From Takakia lepidozioides (Eukaryota > Plantae > Bryophyta): 64,000 bases of DNA. Made by a program: the position numbers and the translations under genes. Of this stretch, positions 50,501 through 63,339 are shown in pieces. The stretch is taken from NCBI GenBank assembly GCA_030704615.1, contig CM060734.1:14570001-14634000 (forward strand), given 5' to 3'. Numbering within the stretch: the first letter of the stretch is position 1; the number at the start of each line of letters is the position of its first letter. Under the pieces are notes generated by a model. The model worked only from the letters and a program-made list of their open reading frames with translations. It did not search any database and was not told where the DNA came from.

Positions 50501-51115
50501 ACTTTTGTTGCAACGGAGATGCAAAGGATCACGTTGTGGCACTACAAGAATGCTTCATCGGGTGCAGAGATAATGAGATATCTCTCAATCCAATGAAGTG
50601 CATATTCGCAGTCACACATGGACTGTTATTGGGACACATAGTGTCCAGAGACGGTGTGGCAACAAACCCAGCAAAAGTAAGCGCCATCGTCAAACTCCCC
50701 GCACCAGAGACGTCGTCCAAGGTGAAGGGATTCCTTGGCCACACAGGGCGGTATATGAAATTTATGGACAAGTATGCAGCAGAAGCATTACCTCTGACCC
50801 GATTATTTAAGAAGAACCAGGTATTTTCCTGGGATGCAGGGTGTCAGGAGTCTTTCGAAATGTTCAAGCAACGCTTGGTGTCTGCAGTCTTGGCAGCACC
50901 GGATAATTGGAACACGCCTTTTCATGTTTATGTTGATGCTTCAGCGGTGGCAGTAAGTTGTGCCCTTTGCCAACCAGACGATGATGGCCATGATCATCCG
51001 ATATCTTTCGCCAGTCGAGGCACCTTGGAATTCCCACCAGGAATGGATGGACATGCACGAAGACGACTTCGATTGCGCAGTATGAAGTTCACTCTTGTGG
51101 GAGGGAAACTTTATA
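47520..51115 (+). mobile_element. Degenerate non-chromovirus Ty3/Gypsy gag-pol
   Basis: Knuckles CSNCNNSGH and CLYCGQQGH; protease LVDDGGSVNIM; RT VCVDFR, DGFSGYNQ, MPFGL, FLDDF; RNase H YVDAS, deleted after FASR; cut by the gap. Confidence 0.9.
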
Positions 51116-51615
51116 NNNNNNNNNNNNNNNNNNNNNNNNNNNNNNNNNNNNNNNNNNNNNNNNNNNNNNNNNNNNNNNNNNNNNNNNNNNNNNNNNNNNN
51201 NNNNNNNNNNNNNNNNNNNNNNNNNNNNNNNNNNNNNNNNNNNNNNNNNNNNNNNNNNNNNNNNNNNNNNNNNNNNNNNNNNNNNNNNNNNNNNNNNNNN
51301 NNNNNNNNNNNNNNNNNNNNNNNNNNNNNNNNNNNNNNNNNNNNNNNNNNNNNNNNNNNNNNNNNNNNNNNNNNNNNNNNNNNNNNNNNNNNNNNNNNNN
51401 NNNNNNNNNNNNNNNNNNNNNNNNNNNNNNNNNNNNNNNNNNNNNNNNNNNNNNNNNNNNNNNNNNNNNNNNNNNNNNNNNNNNNNNNNNNNNNNNNNNN
51501 NNNNNNNNNNNNNNNNNNNNNNNNNNNNNNNNNNNNNNNNNNNNNNNNNNNNNNNNNNNNNNNNNNNNNNNNNNNNNNNNNNNNNNNNNNNNNNNNNNNN
51601 NNNNNNNNNNNNNNN
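51116..51615. other. Assembly gap (500 N)
   Basis: Run of n. Confidence 1.
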
Positions 51616-51709
51616 GCCCGTGCTTGCCACAATGCCCACACTACAATTTGCAGGCTGTGCTACGTGTTGCGGCCCTTTGCTTCCCCTCTGGGCAATCCTT
51701 CTTGGACAA

Positions 51710-52436
51710 TGTCGCGCACCTCACTTCGGTAAGCTCCCCTTCAAGTCATAGTTACTCGCTCCGATGCGCGCGCCTAACTCCCAACCTGGCCGCCGGGCCA
51801 ACTTGGAGCTTCGGCTGCTCACCGGGACATAACGGTCCCCCCTTCGCTTCCCACTAAACCCTCCACCTATTTGGGCCTAGGAGAATTTCCCTTTGGTAGA
51901 TGGCAGTCCGGAACAGCTCCCCACTCTTTGGTCGCTTTCCGGCTCGCTCGCTTACTCACTAGTTTTTGGTCACCAACGGGCTTGCACCGTTCTCGGGGTT
52001 ACTACTCCCCTATATATACTTCTGTAGCTGTCCGCGGGGGTTTCACAACCAGCCATGCCATTTTATGGCGAACCACCACGAAAACCCTCGACTCCCGGTG
52101 ATGAGTCGCGGTGAGTCTTGGCCCACTCACCACGGCCCCATGGACCGTGATGAGTCCCAAGACTCCCCACGACTCCCACCACGAGGTCTCCGCCCCATGG
52201 TGAGTCCTATGCCACCCCCACTAAGTCCCGCTAAGCTACCACCACCCCTTGTGGAGCCACCCCCACCGCAACCCGGTGTGCGGGGCTCCACCTAGTGAGC
52301 GCCTCCGCCTCCTTGAGTGCCTTGGGCACTCAAGGGTGCTTCAGCCCCCCATACCTATCGCTGCCGCTGCCCCCACCACAGGGGCAGCCCCTCTGTGTGT
52401 CCCGACCCCCTGCCCTCAAGGCAAAGGGCCGCGACA
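51710..52436 (-). repeat. 3' LTR
   Basis: Direct repeat of 57959-58684. Confidence 0.95.
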
Positions 52437-53340
52437 CACACCCCTACCAACAGGGAGTCGATGTCCTCATCGACTTGTCCATTTTGTAGAAACGAACATC
52501 CAAGTTGTGGCGTCCCACATCAAGGAGTTTGTTTCCGCACCATGGCGTCCCATGGCAAAGAACCAAACCCCACACTTGACTCTACTCTCCACTAGCTAGT
52601 TCGGCCGACTTCCTCCAAGTCCCGGCCAAGGGTGGAGCCTCTCAAGCTCCTCCCAGTGCACTCTTCTTGGCCTACTTCAAGCCAAGGAACGATCCTCCCC
52701 GAGGATCGAATCGCCTTACTGCAACAACATTGCTTGCGACCGCTCATGATGCCGCTTTTGGCATCACCTTGAGCAAGGGTTCACCTGGAACCCTCTTTGA
52801 CTAGGAAGATAACCTTGAACCAACCGTGCGCCCCAATCACTACAATTGGGTCCGCCTTGGAATGCTGGCCTGAGGTACGGGAACACGCCGAAGCCGCACT
52901 ACGACTTCGTCCCGAGGCTACACGATTATAGTACGTGAACGGAAGCACGTAGCTTCCGCGTTAGCCCGCACTACAAGGCAACCCCCTCGGTAGCGCAGTT
53001 ATAGTACGCGCACGCGCCAGGTGCGCACTAGCACGTGAACTCCCAAAGAAGGCGCAAGTTTCCTTGCCCCTTGGATGGGGGTCACCCGATTTCGGCACTA
53101 CGCAAACACACGATTAACCCAATTTACCTCTCCCACTTTTATAAGCTAGCATGCATTCTACACACTAGCCAACCATACCATGCATCACCATTCCAAACAA
53201 AATAGGACGCACAACATTTGGAACCCATTTCCTTTATAACAAATTTTTGTACAATACAAGTTTTTGTAATCGGATTCCTAAGCTAGCTAAGCCGGGCTAA
53301 GCATGCATTTCCTCCCCACGCTCCAAGGTTGATGTCCCCA

Positions 53341-56300
53341 TCAACGCTTCTTCCGCTTTTGAGGTCGCCCTTCGAAAGCTGCAACCGCCTCGGACGCGTT
53401 TCCCATTTCTGAGGCACGCACCCAAGATGCCTCCACATGATGATAGCCCTTCCATTTGACGAGATACTCCGTTTCTCGGTTCTTGAACCTCCTCGACTTA
53501 AGTATTGCCTCCACCTCGTACTCAGGTTCATTTTCATGATCCAACAGCATAGGTGGCGGACGCAACACTTGATGCCGATTCGGACGCGCTTCGTCTTTGA
53601 AGTAAGGCTTCAAAAGGGAGACATGGAATACTGGGTGCACCTTGTTGTTTGCCGGCAGCTCCAATTCATACACATCCTCATTCATGACCTTCCGAATGCG
53701 AAAGGGTCCCGCATATGGAGGTACGAACTTCGGACTCACTTCCGGAGGTAGTCGGAAATTCTTGATGTTCAACCAGACCTCCGTGCCCGCCTCAAACTTC
53801 ACTTCCCTCCGCTTCCGATTCGCCTGCCTTTCATACCGTTTCCTAGCTTTGGCAATATTGTACTTTGCGAGCTTCAACAAACGCTCGCGTTCTTCTAGTA
53901 CCTCCGCTACTGCCGGTTCCTCAACATCCTGGGCGGCCCAACTTGTCGGCACCAGAGGTGCTTTTCCATAGACCAATACGAAAGGGGAAACTCCCGTTGC
54001 GGAGTGTTTTGTGTTATTATAACAGAACTCTGCCGCGTCTAAGTGTTCCATCCAATCTGATTGGTCTGCCGACACGTAATTCCGCAAGAATTGCTTCACT
54101 ACGGAATTCACTCTTTCTGTTTGGCCGTCCGTCGTAGGTCGGAATGCGGTGCTCATCTTCAGCCTCGTCCCCATCTTCTTCCAAAGTGTCCTCCAAAATT
54201 TACTGATAAACTTTGGATCGCGGTCCGAGACAATATCCTTTGGGACTCCATGATGCTTTAAGACGTGGGTGAAGTAAAGTCGCCCTGTCTCCTGCGCCGT
54301 TGCCGTCTCCTTGGTGGGGATGAAATGGCCCATTTTACTGAACCTATCCACCACCACCATGATTACATCGAATCCTTTTGACAGCGGCATAGCAGTCATG
54401 AAATCCATCAAGACACTTTCCCAAGTCCCCTCTGGAATCGGCAAGGGTTGTAACAGCCCCGCTTGCTTTTTGTACTTGCTCCGGTTTTGTTGGCATGTGG
54501 TGCATGTCTTGACATACTCCTCTGCCTCCTCCCTTAGTTTGGGCCAGAAATACTCTTTCTTCAAGAGTGCCGCAGTGCGCTTGGCTCCGCCGTGGCCCGC
54601 AAGCGGGCTATCATGGCATTCTCTCAAGAGACTATCCCTGATCCCTCCCTTCGGCACGTAGAGACGCTTTTGCTTATACCGGAGCAGTCCATTTTGCAAG
54701 TGGAACTGCGATTTAACCCCCATCCTCAAGTCCTGCATCACGAACTTTGCCAGCTCATCCTTCCGGCAAGCCTTCCGGATCTTCCTCTGGAGCGCCGTCT
54801 CGCCCTTGTACACCAACAAGAGCTGCTGCTTTCTACTTAAAGCATCGGCCACCACGTTGTCTCATCCCGGTTTGTACTGGATATCCACGTCGAACACCGC
54901 CAAAGTATCTTGCCACCTAAGTTGTTTTGGGGACAACTTGGGCTGCGTGGCAAAATACTTCACCGTGACATTGTCCGTGAACACCTTCACTGGGTTGGAA
55001 CCAACATAGTGGCGCCAAAGCTTGAGGCAATGCACCACCGCCTTCATCTCTTTTTCGTGCGTTGGCCACCGTCGCTCCACTTCATTCAATTTCTTACTTT
55101 CGTAAGCCACTGGACGTCCATCTTGCATAAGTACACCCCCAATCGCGAAGTCCGACGCATCTGTATGAATCTCAAATGGACGATCAAACTCCGGGATTTT
55201 CAAGACTGGAGCTTCCGCCATCCGCTGCTTCAATTCAGCAAAAGCTTGGCCACAAAATGTATTCCATTCCCAGACTTTGGATTTACACAGAAGGTCCGAC
55301 AACGGCCCCGCGATCTTGGCGAAATTTCTCACATACTTCCGGTAATAGGAGGCGAGTCCTAGGAAGGATCGCACTCCCAGGACCGAAGTCGGAGGCTCCC
55401 AGTCCAAGATCGCCCTCACCTTTCTGTCATCCATTTTGATCCCATCCTGTGTAATCACATGCCCCAGGAACTCCACTTTTGTGACCCCGAATTCGCACTT
55501 TGAAGCTTTGGCATACAGCTTCCCTTCTCGCAATTTTTGGAACACCCTTTTTAGGCGCTCCAGGTGTTCTTCCTTTGTTTTCGAGTACACCAAGATGTCG
55601 TCGATGTACACGATCACAAAGTCATCCAACCACTCCTGGAAAAGGCTGTTCATCAGCGTGCTAAATGTCGCTGGTGCATTGGTGAGCCCAAAAGGCATCA
55701 CCCAGAACTCATATGAACCACACCTTGTCCTGCACGCGGTCTTCTCCTCATCTCCTTCCGCCACCCGAATTTGATGATAGCCGGAGCGCAAGTCGATCCG
55801 GCTGAAATACTTCGCTCCTGCCAACCGATCGAAGAGGTCGTCGATCCTTGGCAAAGGGTACCGGTTTTTTATAGTCACCTTATTCAAAGCCCTGTAATCG
55901 ACACACATCCGCAACGTCCCATCCTTCTTGTCTGCAAATAGCACCGGGGCTCCGTAAGGTGACTTACTTGGCCGGATATAACCCTTTGACATTAGATCCT
56001 TGAGCTGAGTCTTCAGCTTGACCAACTCTCTGTGGCTCAACCGGTAGGGCGCCTTGGCAGGCGGTTCCGATCCCGGTATCACCTCAATTTTGTGGTCAAC
56101 TCCTCTTCGCGGTGGCAAGCCGCTTGGTAAATCCTCCGGCATCACATCCTGGTATTTCTCCAAAATCCCCTTGATCCAATCTGGGCTCGGCTCCCCATCG
56201 CCTTCTCCTTTCACTTCTCTAATGTAAAGCAAAAATTGGGGCTCGTGTGCCTCCTCCACGGCCCACTCCTTTGCTAACAGAAGGTTTATTCGCCCTCCCA

Positions 56301-57903
56301 CGGATTTGGGCGTTTCCGACACTCGTAAAACCTCGCCACCATTCCCACATGGCAGCGTGACTACTCTCTTGCGGCCATCTATGACCGCTCCGGATTTGCT
56401 CAAAAAGATCATCCCCAAAATGAGATCCACTCCATCGATCTCGCAGATGGTGAAGTTCTCACGTCCCTCCCAACTCCCCAATTGAAGAGGAACATCAAAC
56501 GCCAACCTTGTCGCCAACTGTGGTTCTCCTTTGGCAAAACGCACCTCAATAGAGGCCCCCACGTCACTTGTCGGGAGTCCCAACTTTTGTGCCGTTGTCG
56601 GTGTCATGAAGGAGTGCGACGCTCCCGTGTCCACCAACAACGACACATTAGTTCCGGATATTATCCCATCCACGAACAATAACTGACTCCCTTTTCGTAA
56701 GGCGCCAGTTTCCTGATACAACTCACAAGAAAATTTGCCTACCTTGCAAGTCCTGACGACCACCGCTTCCACCAAGCGACTGATGGTATCTTCCGACAGC
56801 TCCGTGGTCGCCCGAGTTATGTTTAATTGCCGGGGCTTCGTGCACTTCTTGGCCATGTGCCCGGGCTCCCCGCAATTGAAACACACTCCATCAAAGGTCG
56901 CATTCTGTCCGCCATAAGCCGCTCCACCCGCTTTTCCTTTCGAAGCGCCGGGTGCCGCCTTGACGTGTGAAGGCCCTCCCTTCGATTTCCACGTGCCATT
57001 GTCGCCGCGTGGCCTATCCCACTTCTTTTCCGGTCGGAAGGAGTCACCTTCCCGCCGGGTCTTCTTGTGGTTCAGCTCCGTACGGCCTTGTCTCTCACCC
57101 CTAGGGACATCCGAGAAACATTCAGCCCTCTCAATTGCCTCGTTCAAAGTCTTGGGTGGCTTCTCCTCCAACTTCCGCCTGGCCCATGGGGCCAGTCCCG
57201 CCACAAAGTTGAAGACCATTTCTGGTTCTGCCATGTCCGCGACTTCGAGCAATAGCACATTGAAAGCCTGGACATACCCCCGAATGTCATCTGTTTGCTT
57301 CAAATTCCTCATCTTGTCCCGGGTAAGCCAGGACGCGTTGAGGGGCACAAACTGTCTCTTCATCAATTCCTTGAACCCACTCCAGTTCAAGGTTTCCGGG
57401 CTTGGACCTCGGTCGTGAAGGCGTTTCTGCCACCATTGTTGAGCATAGCCCCTCAAATAGGTGGGAGCCACTTCCACCCGATCCTCGTCACTCAACTTGG
57501 CCGCCCGGAAGTATTGTTCTAGCTCCAGGAGCCAGGTTTTGAGTGCCTTCCGATTTCGGACGCCCTCGAAGGTGCCGGGTTCCTTAGGCTTCACCTTAAA
57601 CTTTGCCTTAGTGGAAGTGGCATTAGCCGCCTTCAACACGTCTTTCAACGTCCCGCCAAACTGCGCCAACAACCCTTCCCAAAAGGCTACCGGCATGGGA
57701 GGCATATGTTGGTCGGTCGGAACTCTCACGGATTCCTCGGGCTCCGACTCCTCGGATTCCTCCCGCTCTTGAGCAGCCTCGCTTTCAGAAACCTGCGTCG
57801 CTTCCTCAAACGGCCGCTTCGGTGACACGTCGCCCCCATCGGGCTCACCGGGATCATCATCTTTTGGGCCGTTCCGCTTTCGCTTCGGCTTGCCCGACCC
57901 CAT
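53341..57903 (-). pseudogene. gag-pol: gag-pol polyprotein (gag, PR, RT, RH, IN, chromodomain) with one premature stop
   Basis: CFNCGEPGH; LLVDTGAS; YIDDIL; HTDASD; HDSPLAGH...CTTC; DGQTERVN; PYAGPF; EYEVEAIL...YLVKWKGY. TGA at 54862 within YKPG*DNVVADALSR. Confidence 0.95.
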
Positions 57904-57944
57904 GATGAGGCCAATCCCAAGGACGATCGCATACTGAACTCTAA

Positions 57945-57956
57945 GCTCTGATACCA
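57945..57956 (-). promoter_or_regulatory. Primer binding site, tRNA-iMet
   Basis: Minus strand TGGTATCAGAGC, 2 nt inside the 5' LTR boundary. Confidence 0.9.
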
Positions 57957-57958
57957 AG

Positions 57959-58684
57959 TGTCGCGCACCTCACTTCGGTAAGCTCCCCTTCAAGTCATAG
58001 TTACTCGCTTTGATGCGCACGCCTGATTCCCAACCTGGCCGCCCGGGCCAACTTGGAGCTTCGTCTACTCACCGAGACATAACGGTCCCCCTTCGCTTCC
58101 TGCTAAACCCTCCACCTATTTGGGACTAGGAGAATTCCCTTTGGTAGATGGCAGTCCGGAACAGCTCCCCACTCTTTGGTCGCTTTCCGGCTCGCTCGCT
58201 TACTCACTAGTTTTTGGTCACCAACGGGCTTGCACCATTCTCGGGGTTACTACTCCCTATATATACTTCTGTAGTTGTCCGCGGGGGTTTCACAACCAGC
58301 CATGCCATTTTATGGCGAACCACCACGAAAACCCTCGACTCCCGGTGATGAGTCGCGGTGAGTCTTGGCCCGCTCACCACGGCCCCTATGGACCGTGATG
58401 AGTCCCAAGACTCCCCACGACTCCCACCACGAGGTCTCCGCCCCCATGGTGAGTCCTATGCCACCCCCACTAAGTCCCGCTAAGCTACCACCACCCCTTG
58501 TGGAGCCACCCCCACCGCAACCCGGTGTGCGGGGCTCCACCTAGTGAGCGCCTCCGCCTCCTTGAGTGCCTTGGGCACTCAAGGGTGCTTCAGCCCCCCA
58601 TACCTATCGCTGCCGCTACCCCCACCACAGGGGCAGCCCCTCATGTGTCCCGACCCCCTGCCCTCAAGGCAAAGGGCCGCGACA
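57959..58684 (-). repeat. 5' LTR
   Basis: Direct repeat of 51710-52436. Confidence 0.95.
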
Positions 58685-59113
58685 ATCTACACGCGTCCAT
58701 TACCGTTTTTTAGGTTCTGTCCCCTGTAGTGGGCAGCGGTTGTTGGGATTCAATCCTACAAAGGTTGTATGACAACGACAAGAAGGAGAGAGTCACATTA
58801 GCCCACGTAGTACATCGGTTCATGGGCAAGCCATTCTATTGGCCTGAGCCCAAAGACGTATATAGGACGGAGTAGACCATAGTCTCGTAGATATTAGACT
58901 TGCGGCCGTACAATTGTTCATTTGTGAAGACATAACTCAATTTCGATCGTGCATGTAATAAATAAAGTCCCAATGGAAATTCTACATTGTATATGCTCAA
59001 CCCTCGCACCTGTCATCGCAACATAAATGGTATATGTACTGTCTCATTGTTTATATTTGTAATGTTCCAACGTTTCTGATAGGGTTATGAGAAAACGATG
59101 TATTAGTTCCGTA

Positions 59114-59355
59114 GGAGTTAGACAACAAACATCCCACATCTCATTCAAATGTGCGACTCTACCATGAGAGGCATGGATCGGAAAGTAACAGGTGCACATG
59201 CGACCTTCGGAGTCCGAACGTTCGATGCTAGGTCCAGCGAGTGGTCTACTTGAACGTCCGGAGGTCGCATGTACACTTGTTACTTTTCGAATCATGCCTC
59301 TCATAGTAGTGTCACACATCTGAAATGACATGTGAAACACTTGTTGTCGAACTCC
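59114..59355. other. Long imperfect inverted repeat (~100-bp arms)
   Basis: ggagttagacaac...catgcgaccttcgga pairs with tccggaggtcgcatg...gttgtcgaactcc. Confidence 0.85.
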
Positions 59356-60753
59356 CATCTGTGAGGCTCGAGCATATGCATTTAGTATTTACAACGGAAC
59401 TTTATTTACTCGGGGGACCGATACTGCTGCTGGAGCGCAACTGATGGTGCGAGTGCTCTATTGATTAGAGCCGTCACAACCAATGTCAACAATCTTATTT
59501 ACTGTAAGGCGTTTGATGCTATTGAACTGTTCTTCTAGCTGAATTCTGTAGTAGTCTTTTTGCTATTCCCATGCCAACAACATCAAGTCCTCTAAGACTG
59601 TCATGTTCAAACGAATGTATCAGCCACGACCCACCATAAATAGAATGAATTGAAGATTTGGTGCTCAGTTGCTGGTTTCATGTCCGTGGTGGCTGAAACG
59701 GAATTCGGAATAGAAATCTCAGTGGACCTGATGTTGTTGGCATGTGAGTAGCAAACGATTCCTATAGAAATCAGCTACATGAACATCGGCAGTATCAAAC
59801 ACCTTGCAATACATATGATTATTAAAAGAGTTTGCACAGATTACTTGTGTTTGTGCCTACAAGTGACGAACATTTCCGCCATAGTACGGAAGAGGTGCAT
59901 TGGCCACATGAACCGGTTGATGTGATACCATTTCATAAATGTATCACATCGCATTTGCGAAAAGGTATCACCGTTTCATGTGGCCTACCGCCCAAGTCTT
60001 TGACTAGTACGAGATCAATGTGGCCTAGGAGAAGGCATGATTGGCAGACGAGGACGCATTAGCTTCCACCAAGATCATTTCAGATGCGCTTCATGTGACG
60101 AATGAAATGGTTCATCTGACATCATCCAAATGTTGAACATGCTGAGGTCTTCTGTAATGTGTTCTGCTTCGTAAACAACCAACATGTAGCCCAGTGGTAA
60201 GGGCATATACCCTCTTACGAGTGGTTGTGGGTTCAAACCACCCTGTTGGTTGTTACAAAGATGTCTACTGGAAGGCAGTAGCCCTTCTGGGTCAAGTGAC
60301 ACCATAAGTTACGCTTGTTTCGGCAACGCGTCCACCTTTCTGCTTCATAATGCAATGCTTCTCTAGCTCTTCTTTTTCCAATATGGTGACATTCTCGATC
60401 TGGAACAGATCCACATGTGTATCGAAAAATCCTTTAAAAACCAAGTAACCATCGAAATTTGAAGTTGGGGATGAGGCTTCATATTTTGATAGTTATTTGG
60501 TTTTTTAAGGATTTCTATACACGTGTGGATTTGTTCCAGATCAAGAATGTCACTAGAAATATGATACGGAGAAGCACCGCATTACGAAGCAGGAGACACT
60601 ACAAAAAGAGCTTCAAAAGGCAAGGCACCCATGAAAGGAGCATGATCAATGGGCGATCGAATCATTGAATGGGCGATCGAATGGTTGAGCATCCAAATGG
60701 TTTTTGTTTGCTTTCAAAACTTTGCCACTATGTTCAATATACCATCTAACAGG

Positions 60754-61448
60754 TGACGAGCCCTGAGAGCGTGCGGTCAGGGTGACGGCATAGTAGTCTA
60801 GGGGGGTCGTGGTAAGTTGCGATGTAGGTTGGGCTCACTGAACCGTCTACCCGACTGCGGTTAGTGCAGGGGGTCTGTGGTCGTACATGGTGGCTATGAT
60901 CACTATCTAAGTCCTACCGGCAAAGAGAAATCACGTACTCCTCTTCACAGGGCGAGTTTGCGTTTCTAAGTCCTACGGTATCCTACAATCTACTCAGTAA
61001 CTGCCTTCCAAGTCTTTGTGTTTTATTGTCTAATTCCTACCACCTAGGCCCCCGAGCCGCCTATAGCCGGGACATGTTTTAATCCCTTCACAAGGCACTT
61101 GCCGAGCCTAGAAAGAAGAGGGAAAATCTTCCTCTCCGAAGGCCCCTCCTTCGCCGAGGGCTTGAGTTCAAGTAACCTCTAATGGAAGGGCCAACGCTTC
61201 CTACCCCAGTGCCTAAATACTTTGTTTTAGCAAAGGAGTGGCCAAAATGTCTATCGTCGTCCAATAGGTTCACCAAGTTCAATAAGGTGGTTCTAAGCCC
61301 CTCAACTCAACAAGTTCAATCAGTTTAATCAACGCCCTGCAGGCTATAATGAGCACCACGTGCATTTATCCTATTTAAGCAATTTCGCAAATCAGAAATG
61401 CTGGAAAATAAAAGAAATTAAGAAAATCAGAAAAAAATACCTCCCCTA
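60754..61448. mobile_element. LTR-retrotransposon terminal fragment (copy 2)
   Basis: Repeat of 44199-44895; starts directly after a 120-bp repeat monomer. Confidence 0.7.
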
Positions 61449-63339
61449 TGGGAAATCATGTGGGGAATCCAAATATACCCTTGGCGCCTAAAGATGCCCT
61501 TGGGAACCCTGTGGGAACCCAATGAGAACCGAGGAACACCTGGGAACTGTTCTCTGCCGCGGGGAACTGCTGCGGCTCTATCGGATGAATGAATCTCGCT
61601 GAGAGCTCATCCCTGCCACTACATTCGTTAGTCCAGAACATGCATGCGTAAATAATAAAATAACCACTGGTGGGTCCAAGCCAGATTTCACCCCCTTACA
61701 TTATTTTAAGGCACTGGTGTGCTTTCCCTCCGTGGAAAAAGTCATCATCTACCTTGGGCTCTGACACAAAGGCTCACTGTAGCTGAGTTTTTAGGACAGA
61801 GTACTTTCTCTCCTCCCTTGTCTCTCGAGGTCTCCGCCTCTAGCTCACTGCTCCCAGGCCCGCTTGGGTCTCTCTTGGAATCCTAAGAACACTCCCCTCC
61901 AAGGCTACATCCTCCCAAAATCCTAGATTTTATCTACCACTGGCGCCTTAGATAATGGCTCCTAACCCTTAGAGGAAAGTATCCAATCTTTTCTGTTGAC
62001 ACGGAAGCCACTGTTTAGGACTCCCAGAAGCATCATGTTTAGGAGCATTTAGGCCCGTCCGAGCTCGAGTTGAGGCCCTAGCATTTTACAATGAGCTGTG
62101 CAAATCCATGAGAGGTCCCTGCAAGCCATGCCAAGAGTAGTATAGAACCAAAAGTCCTTCCAAGGCTGTGTTAGAGTAGGATCATCAAATTGCACCGCGC
62201 ATATCTCTCTTGCATCATCTAGGGGATTCAAACCCAGTCCGGTGGGGGAGAATGGCGGTTTTGAAGTATTTTTTATCTGGGAACTCCACTCTGTCAAGAT
62301 CTTCATAATCGGGATTATGGTCTTCTCTGTACATCAACATTTGACATTGAGACTGGAATAGAAAGCTCATTGCTCTACTACTATGCGCTCATACCGGTTG
62401 GGCATGGCCACTCCTTTGTAGCTAAAGTAAGCTGGAATTCTTATTTGTAAGATGTTATTCAGATTGGTATTGGTTTTGCAAGCACAGTGTAGGGTCCACC
62501 TCTTTACAAAGCCTTATGTGCAGGCATACTATGGTGAAGAGAGGGACAGCTTGGGGCTGGTCTAAACAAGTTCCTCTGGTTTCCTGCTTTGCAGTGCTTT
62601 GCAGAGAATAGCAGTGGCAGAAGAGGTTCTTCCAGCTCCACGAGCTACAGGAGAGTCATTTGGAGTGAATGTGCCTGACCACATAAAACAATCAGTCTCT
62701 ATGTCTTTGTCCAAGGTTGGCCAACCCAACCAGTGTAGGGGATCTCAGCACCCACAAATCCTTCAATTGGCTCGGAGGTGCTACTAGGAACGCTTGGCTT
62801 GCAGCAATGCCTAACTTTTAAGCACCCTAAGGCTGGTTCAATCAAGCCACACTTCAGAGACCTGGATGTACTAGTTTCAGTTGCCACTTTCTTCACTAGT
62901 TCTGTTTTTTATCTGCTCAGAGAGAAATGAGGGTGCACAATATATAACAGGGTCGTGTACTTGTCATTGATAGGTGGATTGACGCAATCATCTCCAACAT
63001 GTATTTTGCAGATTGGGGACTATCTGCTAGTGCATGAACATGGCTGTCATTCCAAGTTAGCTTTGCTTGCAAGGGAGAGTCTGCAGTTTTGGTAAGTTCA
63101 ATTCACTCGCTAGCTAGCTCAGTTGAGATTCAGTTCAATTGGTGTATTTCACTCCACCTTTAGCACACTAAGGATTCCCAAAGAATTCAATTTGTCACAT
63201 TATATGAGCAAGAGGGCAGAGGATGATTGTCAAAAGAGTTTGCCAAAGAGGAATGAATTGAACTAAGATTCATCTATACTTAACAAGCCTCCCCAACGTC
63301 TTGCTCAGCCTTCCTGTGATTCCAACCAGATGAGTGATA

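Larger units (their letters stand above)
51710..58684 (-). mobile_element. Near-complete chromovirus (Ty3/Gypsy) LTR retrotransposon
   Basis: LTRs 51710-52436 and 57959-58684 (TGTCGCG...CGCGACA); iMet PBS; PPT next to 52437; gag-pol with chromodomain. Confidence 0.95.

Noticed and set aside
50941-51751. ORFs spanning the N run
   Set aside because: Artefacts of the assembly gap.
58770-58797. miR535/miR156-like sequence tgacaacgacaagaaggagagagtcac
   Set aside because: Only partial resemblance and no supporting hairpin.
44199-61448. One giant LTR element bounded by the two ~695-bp repeats
   Set aside because: No TSD or PBS, and the interior is a mosaic of unrelated fragments; two separate remnants are simpler.
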